DNA of 64,000 nt, from contig JAYWIR010000006.1 of the NCBI GenBank assembly GCA_036172245.1, positions 4,030,001-4,094,000 of the forward strand, read 5' to 3'. Of this stretch, positions 45,762 to 57,700 are shown in pieces. This stretch comes from Raillietiella orientalis. Taxonomy: Eukaryota. Numbering within the stretch: position 1 is the first letter of the stretch; the number at the start of each line of letters is the position of its first letter. The position numbers were made by a program, and so were the translations under genes. Under the pieces are notes generated by a model. That model had not been told where the DNA came from and did no database searches. It worked only from the letters and a program-made list of their open reading frames with translations.

Positions 45762-48700
45762 GTACCTCGGCGGCCGCCAGAGTGCCGCCCCTTCCTCCCC
45801 TCCATCTCCGCGGCGAGTGTGTGTGAGCCCCTTCCTTTTCTCTCCTCGGCGTCTTCCTCTTTTCATCACCTCACATTTTCCATACATATGGATGTATACC
45901 GGAAGAGATTAATCCTTCACAGCTTCCGCACAGTTAGCATCCACATCCACCGATCTAGCAACTTCCATCTTCTGCGCCCATCCCACAGCCACCCCTAAAG
46001 CGTAACGGGACCCAAGCGTTGAAGTAAAAATCACCTCCATCCCCCCTTTCCCGGGAATGGGGTTCTGGACGCGACGTTCTGAGCAAGCGCTGGGTTGCAC
46101 CTGCGCCTCGACATCTCCTCTTTTTGGAACGCTTATTCCCCTGGTCCATTCTTTATCAAGACAGATTGCCTAACCTCCCGCACAGCAACCCACGCGGAGT
46201 CACGTGCCACTTCCTGCCAGTACCCTTGTCCCGTCCATCATGCTTGCCAGGCGGCAACCGCACCCACCTCAGCGCCAGTACTGCTGCAAAGTTGACAGGA
46301 CCACAGAAAGGAAAGCAAAGAACCTTAAGAGACCGTCAATACCCGCTGCACCCTGGCAACCTAAAGACGATGCTGCTGCTGGAGAAGGGCTGCTTCAACC
46401 GCAGCATTTGTCGTTATGGTCAAATTGCACTTTCTGACCCCACGCGCGTCCCTACCAAACAAACCACCCAGCTCTGTACCTTGAACAAAGCAAGCCGTGG
46501 CCAACTACCACAGTAAAGGTGTGACCGCCGTATACCAAGACATGCAAACCCGCGCCCCTCTGCTCTACCGTGCCACAATCGTTGCCATACCAGGATCATT
46601 TCGTCTGCCATGAAGCGAGAAAAGAATCAGCCGGTAACCATGAAACTCGATATAGTGACGCCACCGTCGTAAGCATGGATTTCCCACCCTCATTCTCCTC
46701 ATCCTTCATTCCAAATCATGACGAACGAAAACACACACACACTCGCACAACAAAGAATTATAGCAGCCAGCCACACCTTCTACCCCTAAAAGGTTTTTCT
46801 TGCCTATCCACCCAATCATCCGCAGTCATTAATTCCCGACAGGCCTTCCAGGAACACCCCTCTGGAAAAAAATAGCAATAATAAAATCGGTAAGAACACG
46901 CCGGCAGGCCGACTGTAACCATCACCTTAACCAGCGAAAGCAATCAAACGCTCTCCCATTTCCCTTCCCCGCTCTCGTCTCCAGTGAAAAAGGACCCGTT
47001 CTACCCTTCACTACCAGTTCCAACCTTTGTGCTTCCCCATTAATTAACGAGCCTTCACACACCCATCCGAAACGCAATCATCCGACCCACTCCATTGCCT
47101 TTCACTTCCATCAGCCCCAGCCCTAGGATACCTCAGGAACTGAAAGCTGCTCTTCCCTCCGGTCCAGACACACAGCTACCCAAACCGTCCCAGATGTAGC
47201 AGACCATCTAGTTGGCCCGGTGCAGCAGCGGCAATAACGATTACGTGAAAATGATGAAGCCTCTCCTACTATTCACATTCATAATGCAGAACGCATTGTC
47301 AACTCCCCCTCCCCTCCCCTCTCACGCTAAACAAACCGCTTCTACCCATTGTGCCGCTGCAGGTGGAACTTCCCGCAGGTCAACCCATCACTTGAAAAAA
47401 CGATTGCTACCCGTCCCCCCAAACCCTGATGCCACCCAGTGGTGACTTGGCCCTCTCTGCCGAACCCAAACCCGGCACGGCCCTTCCTCATCCTGCTCAA
47501 GATGCGATGATGACCCGCATCCTTCACGAATCCATCCTAACCATGGCGGCCACTTTGCAAGTGCTCCCCGTCTCCCGTGGTGTCGCAGATACGTGCTCAT
47601 CCTAATCCTAGATCGTCCTGGCCAGTCACGGTGCGTCTCCCTCATCCACACCTCGTTTTCTGTTCCCATGCGTACCCTATAATCGCAGGCTTCTTATGTG
47701 CGCCCACTTTCTTTTCCGCAACCCTCGATTCCCCCATCCCCATTGCCCCTCGTTTTCCGGGATCCAGGTCTCGCGTGCACCGGAGCCTCGCCCCGGTAAG
47801 AACACGCCTCACGGAAGACGGTCAGCATCTCCTGCTTCCGTGTTCCATATTACACCCACGAATAATCCAGGCGATCGCGCAAATCATCTCCGTTAATTAT
47901 GTTTCGCTTGCGCCGCGCGCACAGCACACGAAAGTCTTCCTAGCCAAATCATCCAGTTGGTGCATGGCGCCAGCACCCACTGACCTGGGCTGCCGCCTTC
48001 TTCCCTGTCTTTGTGGACTGCCCTCTCGCGCGCATCTTCCGCGTCCCCCACTGCTCCTCGTGGAAAAGCATCACAACCTGAAGAACGTTGGTATCTTCTG
48101 GCTCGATTGCTCGATGCCGTGCGGTTGCCATGCTTGACGTAGTCATGAGACTTGGGGACGCATCTTCCCCTGGTTGCCAGTACGGTTTCGATCCGGCCAT
48201 TAGTGGCCTTTTTAATTGCTATTCTCCCCCAACGCACCCGACATAGCTTTTCGACCCCTTATAAGGGGATATTCTCGCCTCAGGTCCGACGGCGCTCAAC
48301 CGACGCTTACCCCCCTAACTCTTTCTCCGAGCACTCGCAGTTCTTGCCTGCGCGCCCTGCCCACGGGCCCCAAATTCTCCGGTCTCCTGGGGTGCTAAAG
48401 ACACCTGAACAGATCTGCTCCCATTCTTCATAATCAAACACCAAAAAAAGCTCTGTCAGCATTCCTCCTCTTTGCATTTGTCATCTCTTTTGCTGCTGCT
48501 GTTCCCCATCGTGACGCGCACCTTCCAACAACTTTCTTTCTTCGCTTCCCTTCCCTTCTCCCTGCCTTTCTCGACTCAGCGGGACCGGTGCTTGCCTTTC
48601 GGTCGCCACTTGCCACCGCTGTTGTGCTTCTCGACTGTTCCTCTCTGGCTTCCTTTGGCGCCTCGTCTCCCCTGCTTCTGTGTACATTTCTTTCTCCGCC

Positions 48701-51700
48701 CCGGTCCTTACACCGTCTTTGCTCTTCCGCCTCCCAGCACTTTGCTTTGTGCGCTCCGCCCGTTTTGATGTTCCTCCTTCCATTTCTCTTCCCCCTCCTT
48801 TTCGTCTCCCGGCCGTTGCCGCCGCCACTGGCGTCTCCCCGTGTGCTTGTCAAGCGTTCGCTCGAGAGCGTCCCCCGCCAAGCGTGCTTCCTGCTGATCT
48901 GTGCTGTTCCCCAGCCTGTACGACGAAAACGAAGATCCGCTCGACAAAATTGGTGTTCTAGTCAAGTACCCGGAATCCGCGGATTCAGACGAGAGCTTCC
49001 GGTATTGATGGGACTGCGTCCCAGTACTTCCCTTCACCACTTCCGAAAAGCGTCCCTGTGCTCCCTCGTGAAACCTCCGGCGGCGAGTTTCCAAATGCAG
49101 CCCCCGTTTTGCTGGGCCCATCTCTGAGAGCAGCAGCCATCTTTCCCCGCGGAGACGACGGAGACAGCACACCGCCCGCAGCCGCCGAACTCTCGGAGAA
49201 CTCGTCACGTGGACTCGGACAAGACACCCGATTGCGCCTTGCTGCTGCTGAGGAACGGACAGAAGGATGATTCCCACACCCTGCAGTTTCTTTTTTTCAA
49301 AAAACAAAACAAAACAAAAAAAGAACAAAGCAAAACAAAGCGAAAGCCATTAAAAAAAAAAAAAAAGAAGAGAAAAAGAAGTCGTCCATGTTATTTTATT
49401 CAGTACATGCCCGGCTGCCTGCCCGTCTTTTTAAGAGGATCCAAGCGTGTTCGTGGCGCACGGTTCGGAACGGTTTCGTTCTGTCCGCGCGCATGCGTGC
49501 GTGCAGTCCGTTCCGCCGTGTTCCCCTTTCCGAGAATTGGTGCTCGCGAGACTTCACTGTCCCTCTCTCCGCCCGTCCCCCCAGCGCAGAGCGCGCGTGG
49601 CGCCCGGGGGATCAGCGAGCCGCCGCGCCACCTCCTCCTCCTCTCCCCCGAATCCCAACGACGTCGAGCAAAACGCGGACTTCGTTTTGTTTGCCCGATT
49701 TTCGGTCCATTTCTTCGCGCATGTCTTTGTGGGCTTCCCCTTAACCCCCGCCCCGATCATCTCGTCCATCACCACCGGGTCAGGCCGACTGGCTCGACCA
49801 CCATTCCCGAATTCCAGCGGCTGCGCGCGCCGGCACAGCCACGCCTCGGAAGTTTCTTACGCCTTCCTCCTGTTTCCTTTTCTTCCTTTTTTTATTCTTT
49901 TTTGCCATTTGGAGCATCTCCGAGCCGTTTCGCACGTGGCATGCGAAACATTTTCTCTCCCTCCACGCCCTCTTCCAGCCTCCCACTCGTGGCATTCCTG
50001 AGTACTCCCTCCGCAGTTTTTATGGATCAACCGGCGAGTTATCGGCGGTGCGCTTTTTGGAAATCGAAGGTTTCCGGTCTATAAATACCCGCAATTACCG
50101 TGCGTTGCAGGTGCGCTCTTTCCATGGCGTGCGGCGGCTGGCTAATTGGCGAAAGGCTGCGGACACCTCGGGGAGACCCACAGCCCGAAGGACCGTGGGC
50201 GAGGGAGAACACGCCGAGGTCGTTCCCCGTTCTGTGTGCGCGTCTTCCTGATCCCCCACCCCACCCCCCCTCCGCATCGTCATCCGGATCATCCGGCGAA
50301 TCGTACCGATCGCAGGAACCGACCCTTTCTGCAGTGGGGGTGGCCGAAGCGCAAGCGGGCGGATCGGCACGTGCCGCTACACGCCGATCGGATACGGCCT
50401 TTTTCGAAGGGCGTGACTCGTGGCGACTGCGCCAAGCCTGCATTTCCCGGATGGCACGGAAGAGCTTCTCCCTTGGCCGCCCCACCGCGAGGAGGGAATC
50501 CCTACGCCCAGAGGCTGCGCGTAATCCTTCTGCCTTGCCACTCCTCCCCTTGCGGCAGGGGGAGAGCGCGTCTTGCCTCTGCATTGGTTCGCCGAATCCC
50601 TCGGCCGCGCACCACCCGGGCTCGACGAGCTTCGCCGCCTCGAGTTTGCGGACCGACGTGCGTGCGTGCGTTCATTTCGCAATCCGGAATTTACGGCGCT
50701 TCAAGGATCGCGGCACGACCTTCCCCATCTTCGTGCGGAGAATTCCATCCGGCTCAGCTGGTCTTCCCTGCTTGAAGGAGCAGTCGCGGGACCCGGGATG
50801 CGCTTTCGTGCGAGCCTGGAACGATGCTTCCCGGCGAGCCGGAGGACTTGTCCGTTCCCCGTGGAGGGAAAAGGATGCTGCCGCGAATCGGTGATGGCGT
50901 AACCTTTGGGAATGTTTGTGGCGAAGGACCGAGAGGCGTCGCGGAGGCGGCGGAGTGGAGCTCTCGATGCGGGAACGCGCGCCCCTACGGATCCCCTCGA
51001 CCCCGTCGTTGCACCGATGGCCGCCGTCGGGAGCTCGCGGATGCGCTCCCTACTCGGCGACGGGACAGCGCGTTTCCTCTATCCAGCTTCTTTCCGCCAT
51101 TTTGACTGCAAACGCGATGAGAATTCACATTTGCGGCAGCATCGTCGCCGTCGTCATTTTTGGTGTGCTCTCCGTGGCGTGCCGTGCGATGAAAAAATTA
51201 TTCTCTTCCTTTCATTGTTTTTTTGTGTTTTCGTCTTCCTCTTCTGCGGAGCTCTGTTTGTTCGTCATCTGCCTTGTTTTTCCGAATGTTTGTATCAGGC
51301 CACCTGCTCTACTTGGGTGATCCGCAGCCTTTTTCCCGCGACGTCTCCAGACGCGCTTCCGAATTCCTTTTTGCACGCTTCGTGCTCTCGCGAAACGAGA
51401 CGGTGGTCGCAATGGTCCCAGCATCAACCGGGCTCCGTGTAAAGCGGGGGGGGGGGACATACCGCGTTGTACGAACCCTGTGGGTCGTGCGGGGCTACGG
51501 AACGGCATTCAGAAGGATGCAAAAGAGCGTCCCGAACGTTTCGGCAGTGGGCGCTTATGAATGCAACCTGCCCGGTCCGCGCCTTCCTCGTCTTTTCGAA
51601 AGCCGCTGAGCAGGGGTACCACGGCGTTGCGCCGGACTGAGTTGGCTGCGTCGTACGAGGGCTGTGGCGATTTTGGCCGTCACGTAATACGCGGGCCTGC

Positions 51701-54700
51701 TGTGTTTTGTAATCAGAGAACCGTCAGCGGTGTCGTCTTCGTTGCATGGTTGCACGTGTTGCACAAGGAACAAACAAATCAGTGCTTTGTTTCTGTTTCT
51801 TGTTCTGTTTTCTTTTTCCAGCCTATAATGGGAAGTGTTGCGGAGCGGCGTTCTGCACTGACCATCTCGTACACTGACAGTGCACGAGAACATGCGTTTC
51901 AGCTGCTTGGCGCCGCCGCAGCTTGCGGAACACGCTGTCGGAGGCTCCCGTGTTTATGCTACGCCCTTCCGCGCAGCGGCACGCGGTTTTCTGCCTGCGC
52001 TTCCCGCGCTAAAGAGTTGCAGGCTCTTCCGAGATGGCGCAAAAAAATCATCTCCGACCCTTGGCAGAGAGGCCGAGGGAGAAGCGCGAAAGGGCGCGCT
52101 CGCTCTTTGCACGTCGGTGGCGCTCCGCGCTGGCAAAAGGGGCGAGGGCACAAGGAACGTCGTGGAAGGTCCCCTTCCAAGGGTGGGCGTGCTCCCCGCG
52201 CGAGCACTGGGTGGTGGGCGGCGGAACCGCGTCGGCGTGCTGCCCGCCTTCTGCAGGCAGCTTTTCGGATTGTCGACCCGGCGGCGCTCCGTCCGCCGAG
52301 CGGGCGGGCGTGCGTGTGAAGGTGAGTGGAAGGCGCCCCGCATCCGGACGGAAAGCGGGAAACCGCCTCACCCTGGCGCCGCCGCCACCGTCCAGCCGCT
52401 CAATTGAGCTCCGCGCCTCTAGGAATCCGCCGGTTTTATTTTTGTCTTTCGTGGAGGGGGAGGAGCGCCGCAGCAGCAAAATGATGAGCCGCCTCGCTCG
52501 GTTTTTCTCCCAGAGCCTTCCCTTCGGCCTCGAACATCGTCGAGGATCCTCCCCACGCGAGTTTGGCAGCAGATGAGGCGCGCGGTGGTGGTGGCGGTAG
52601 ATGCGCACACTTCAGGCGCCGAAGGTCAGTCGGTATCGCATCGAGCGAAACCACCAGCAGAAAAAGGCGGGGGGGGAGCATCGTTGGCACCGTCCCGCCA
52701 ATCGCAGGACGATGCGCTTTTCCACAGGCTTTCTTTCTTGGGGGTGCAAGGAATCCACCTGCCTGCCGGACCGGTGCGCCGAAACCCGAAACTCTCCACG
52801 CCCTAGTGATCCCCTCTTCCCGGTAGCAAGCACTCGAGGTCGATGCACGGAGTTTGGCACCCCAGAGAATCGGGTCCGTGGGTCGTGGCGGGGTGTAACC
52901 CTGGCACGCTCTTCACTCCAGTTCTCCTGTTTGCTCGTGATCTGGACCGCTGCAGGGGGCGGCCCATCGCAGAGGCACTCAGGATGACATCACTCGGTTG
53001 TAAGACGGCCAAGCACGCCGTCTCGCTCCTTCGGTGCGGGGGTTGACCGCGGTGCGTCTCCGAGTCCTTCAGCCAGCCCCCCCCCCCCAGATGGCTGCCC
53101 AGGTCTCCTCGGGAGAGGGGGCATGACCCACGCCCGCATTGGGGCCAGGTACTCTTCGGGAGGGGGGCTGCGCGTCTCCGGTGTGCTTCTCCGCCCTCCC
53201 CTCGCCTTGGAGTGCCTGTTTCCGCTGGAATTGGGGCGGGAACATTCCGGGGCGGCGACCCACCCCCGATCTTGGCAAACGTTTTGTCATCGCAGGCACC
53301 GGGGTCATGCAGGCTGCTGTGGCGCCAAACGGTGCCGCTCCGGTGAAGAGGAAGCGGCTGCGGGCGTGACTCCCAGAGCGCACGGCCTTTCCCCTGACCG
53401 TGGGACCTGCCTCCACGGCAGAACAGGCCGGGCTCTTGCGCGTCGGACCGCTCGCCAGCTGATGGTCCCGGGTCTTTCGCTCCAAGAGGTCGCTGTGCCT
53501 GTTCCGGGGGGGGGGGCTCACCGTGTCTCTGGAAACGACGTCAGCTTGGATCCATGATCCTCCCACGCGCGCAACCCGAGCGCCGCTCCGAATGCGCTCC
53601 GCCATTCATGCGGTACGAGAGGTGGCGGGCCCCTCCAATTCCCGGCCATCCGTCGACGGACCTGCCCCCTCCGGAGGCGGAAGGTCAGCAGCACCGAATT
53701 CGCTGCGACGAACCAGGAGCGCACCCGCAGTGCTCCGCAGCGGCGGGACTCGGCGAGGTCTGTGCTCGTGACGTCGACTTCGCACCATCGGACTCCGCAT
53801 TGTTGCCTCGATGCAGGCCTTTGTTTGATGGTGGCCGCTCTAAAAGAAAAGGAAAAAAAAGAGGTGGGGTGGAGGGGCAAAGAAAAAACATAAAACTTTT
53901 GAGTTTTCATTGAAAATCTGAAGCGTTTTGAGCTCTCCTGTGGGACAGCGAGGTCTCTGGGCATGCTGACACATTCCAACAATTTTCCTACCAAAAATGC
54001 GGGGGTCAACGCTCGAATGCTGGACCGGAGGAACCAAAAAGCACCCCGGGCGAAGCAGCAGGAATGCAGGAGCGAAGGAGAAACTCACCTTCGTCTGCCT
54101 TCTCTTCAGCGACGATGCGGCCTTCCGAGCGCGCCTGGTCCTATAGGCGAACTTTTAAGTAAACACGAGAAGAGGTTAAAAGACAGCTGGTCGGACACCC
54201 CGAAGATACTTGGCCCGCCGGCTTGGCACCTGCAGATTTTTCCTTGCCCCCGTCTCGGATACTGGGCTTGGCCCCCGAGCGCGGGGGCAAGGAGACTGGG
54301 GGCCGCATCCATGGGCTGGCCCGTAGCGGCACGTGAGCGCCCGGGTGCAGGCGGCGCCATCCATCCTGCCACTTCCCTCCTGACGTTTTCGCTTCCCACC
54401 GTCAGCTGCTCCGTTCGGTGCGGCGAAACATTTCGGAAGCCCCGAGCGACCGTCGTGCAACAGCAGGGGTGGCAGCTAAAAGACTGATGTACGCTCTTTC
54501 TCCGTGGCACTTCCCTGACGTCTCTGGCGGTCGGACAGCTGGGGTGTTCTTCGCGACCACGCCTCGCTCACCCAACGTGTTCTCCGCGTGTGCGCGAATC
54601 GGACTATAAATGGATGTCGCTCTGGAGGCGAACAGCGCGCTTCGCCACAGTCTTTGCGCCCATCCGCTTTCGGTTCCTCCAAGTAGGGGGCAGCAGGCGC

Positions 54701-57700
54701 GCCGAAGACGGGAGCGGCCAACTTTCTGCAAAAAGGAGGCGGAATCGCGCCCCGATCGAGCACGCAATGAGTTGCAGGTGTTCGTTTCGGGAAGGTTCGG
54801 GGATAGGATGCCGAACGGTTGCCACGTGAGGGGGTGGTGAGAAGGTTGCGCGTCTTCTCCGCACGTTCCGCGATCCGAAACCGTCCCGCGATGTTCCCTC
54901 GTCGTGGTCCCGTGAGAGCAGAGGACGGCTGGATGGAAGGGAAGGGATGGCTGCGCTGCCCGGCTCGACACCGCAGCACGGAAGCGTCGCAGGAGCGAAA
55001 ACGAACGGACGGACAAAGAGAGCCGACTCGACCTCGCGCGGTTGACCCGACATCAGATGACCAGGTCCTGAAACACCCGGACGATCAGGAAGAGTGCGTA
55101 AAGGCGCGAATCCCTCCTGCAGCTGGACGGAAGCGGGCCGCGAATCCTTGCGATTCCGGAAGGCCTGCTCGCACTCGGCCCGGCGTCGGCAGACGAAAAC
55201 GCGAACACCCAGCGGAAACGGCTGCAAAAAAAGAAAAGAAAAAGAAAAAACGAAGCAGAAAACGGGAAAGCAGCGCGCGCGAGCCGCGGGGCCTGAGGAC
55301 GAGCGCTTTCGCCATCTTGAAGGTGCTAGGTGAACTTTTGGAGTTCGAGTACGCCCGCTCCGTAGCGCGCTGCCTTGCGGACCCGAAAAAACTTCGACAG
55401 CCGCGGGCGGTATTGACAGAGGGTCGTCTTCGCGGGGATGGGACCACTGTGGTCTTCCCGTTCTTGGGGATGCGGTTCTTTCCGTCATTCGGTGGTGATG
55501 CACGCGGTTGCGCGGGTGTTCCCCACCGCGATGCAGCGAGTTCGACGGGTGTTTTTGTGGAAGCTCACCATTTGCCCGCGTCCTGTGCTTTGCTTAAACT
55601 CTTTCAGCAGATTCGAGGAATTCAGTGTTCCATTGCCCATGGTGCCAAGTCAGTCTCGCACGTTTGCAGCTTTTCTTTTTACAAAGAGTATAAAAGGTCA
55701 ATTCTTTTCCAAAGATTATGAAAAGCCTGTAGGCGCTCTCGTATGGTTCACAGAGGTTTCTTGGGAGGGTTCCCGTGTACGTGCAGGAGTTGGAAAGAGA
55801 ACGGATATTCCCTGCAAGTCCCTGCTTGCCTTGCGCCGCTCTCGAGGCATCATCATCTTTGGCTCCTTGCGGAATTTCTCCGTTGCTTGCTGAGCAGCTT
55901 CGGAAATCCGAAAGAAACGCCTCGCTACCTGCCTTTCGCCCTGTGCGAGCGCCAGCTGCGAAACTGCGAGCACGCCACGTGTTTCCCTGCAAGCAGCCGG
56001 ACAGCAGAAGACTGGATGAGTACGGCGGACAACTGAAGGACGAAAGATGTTGTCCGAAGGATGCGCAGCTCGAGATTCAGTTTTTTCTTCTTCTTCGGGC
56101 ACCTGCTTCTCATCTTTCGCGCGATTTTCAGCAGCAACCTTCGTATGGCTCTTCTCGCACGCAGGAAGGGCGTCATCCGAAGTTGCCATTCGGAGGCGGC
56201 TCGCGTGCGCACCAGTGCGAAGACCGAGCCGCCTACGTTCGCACACGCGAAGGCTAGCTGCGCGCGCCGCCATCCGTCGAAACGAATCGGCAGATTCACT
56301 TCAGCGCTCCTCGGTCAACCGCCTCCCGTCCTCACGCGATTCACTACGCGGTAACGCATTTGACGTACATTTTTGTTTATTTTGTACCACGAGCGGTCCC
56401 GTGACCTCCCGGCATGAAATTGGCTTCCGGCCAGCCTCCAGCGGCGCCATCCCGCTTTGCGTTTCTGCGGCGGATTGCGGTTGCCAGCCGCCGCCCTTGC
56501 GCTCACGCGCGCCACTGCCTGTCCAGTGGGCGCGCTCTCGCTTCCTCCCGCCCGGTTGCCCCTGGGGCGTTCACCGCAACCCACGGACGTGCAGAGGCGG
56601 TGGTGGGACTGTCACTGCTGCTACGTGGTCTGCTGATCGAGGAGCCTGCTGGGGGGATGGTGGGCGAGGGTTGCCTCGGCAGCAGAGGGGAGAGGAGCAG
56701 ACAAAAGGGGAAATAAAATAGAGGAAACTCGGGGGGGGAGGGGGGGTCGCTCGCTTCGAAGCGTCTTCTGCATCTGTCGGAGGGTGCTGGCAAGTTCGTG
56801 CTGCACGCTTCCCAGACCTCTTTGCCACTCAAAAAGCGGGCTGCAAGTGGATGGAGTCCCCGGCGCCCCAGCCCTTCTCGGCGGCATCCCAGGTGGCCGG
56901 CAGCAGCAGTCCCGCGGTGGCAGCAAGGAGCTGCTGGGGATGCGGCAAGGCACCGCTTACGAAGAGGCGCCCCTGGGGTTGCCTTCGGGGGTCCACCGGG
57001 TCGCTTCAGAAGGTCCTTATGGGGGCCGGAGGGCAACGCGCCCAAGAGCCGGTGCGAGAGGGATTTCCGCTCTCCTCACCTGCTGCAGTTTGGACAGGCT
57101 CATCCCCTCCTCCCCCTCTTCTCGGGTCCAGTGATGCCGGAGGGCGTTGCACGAGAGGCCCCAGCGAAACAGCAGGATCTCCGCCTCCGCCCCCCCCTCA
57201 ATAGGGGGGGAGGATGCGGTCGCTCAGGAGCTCCGGGGGACAGGTGGAGGTCTTCCCATTGGAATTCCGAGCAACTCACCTTAGCACAAAAGTCCTTTAG
57301 GGGGGTGGGGCAATTGAAGTCGGGGCATCAGTCAGCTTGTCTGTGGTCCAACCGCTTTCCTCCTGGAGTCCATCTCCTGCGAGGTGACTCCACCTTGCCA
57401 GCGGGCTGCCGCCATTCGGCTCCCTCAGGGAGGGCAGCGCTACCGCACGGGAGGTTCGCTTCGCCTGCGATCCCCTTCTGGGACGGACGAGGACCTCACG
57501 GAGCCCGCTGCAGATTGAGCAACGCGAGCGCCTCGGGGTGGGGCTTGTCTTCTGCCGTGATCCTGCGTGTCGCTGGTTGCAGTGGATACACGAGGGTCCC
57601 CCCAGCAGGCTCGTCTTCAGTTTGTCGTTTCGACCAGGAGCTGCGAACTGCTCGCCGCGGTGCGGTGTTCATCGCACCGTCGTCGAGGGGCGTTCCCTTT

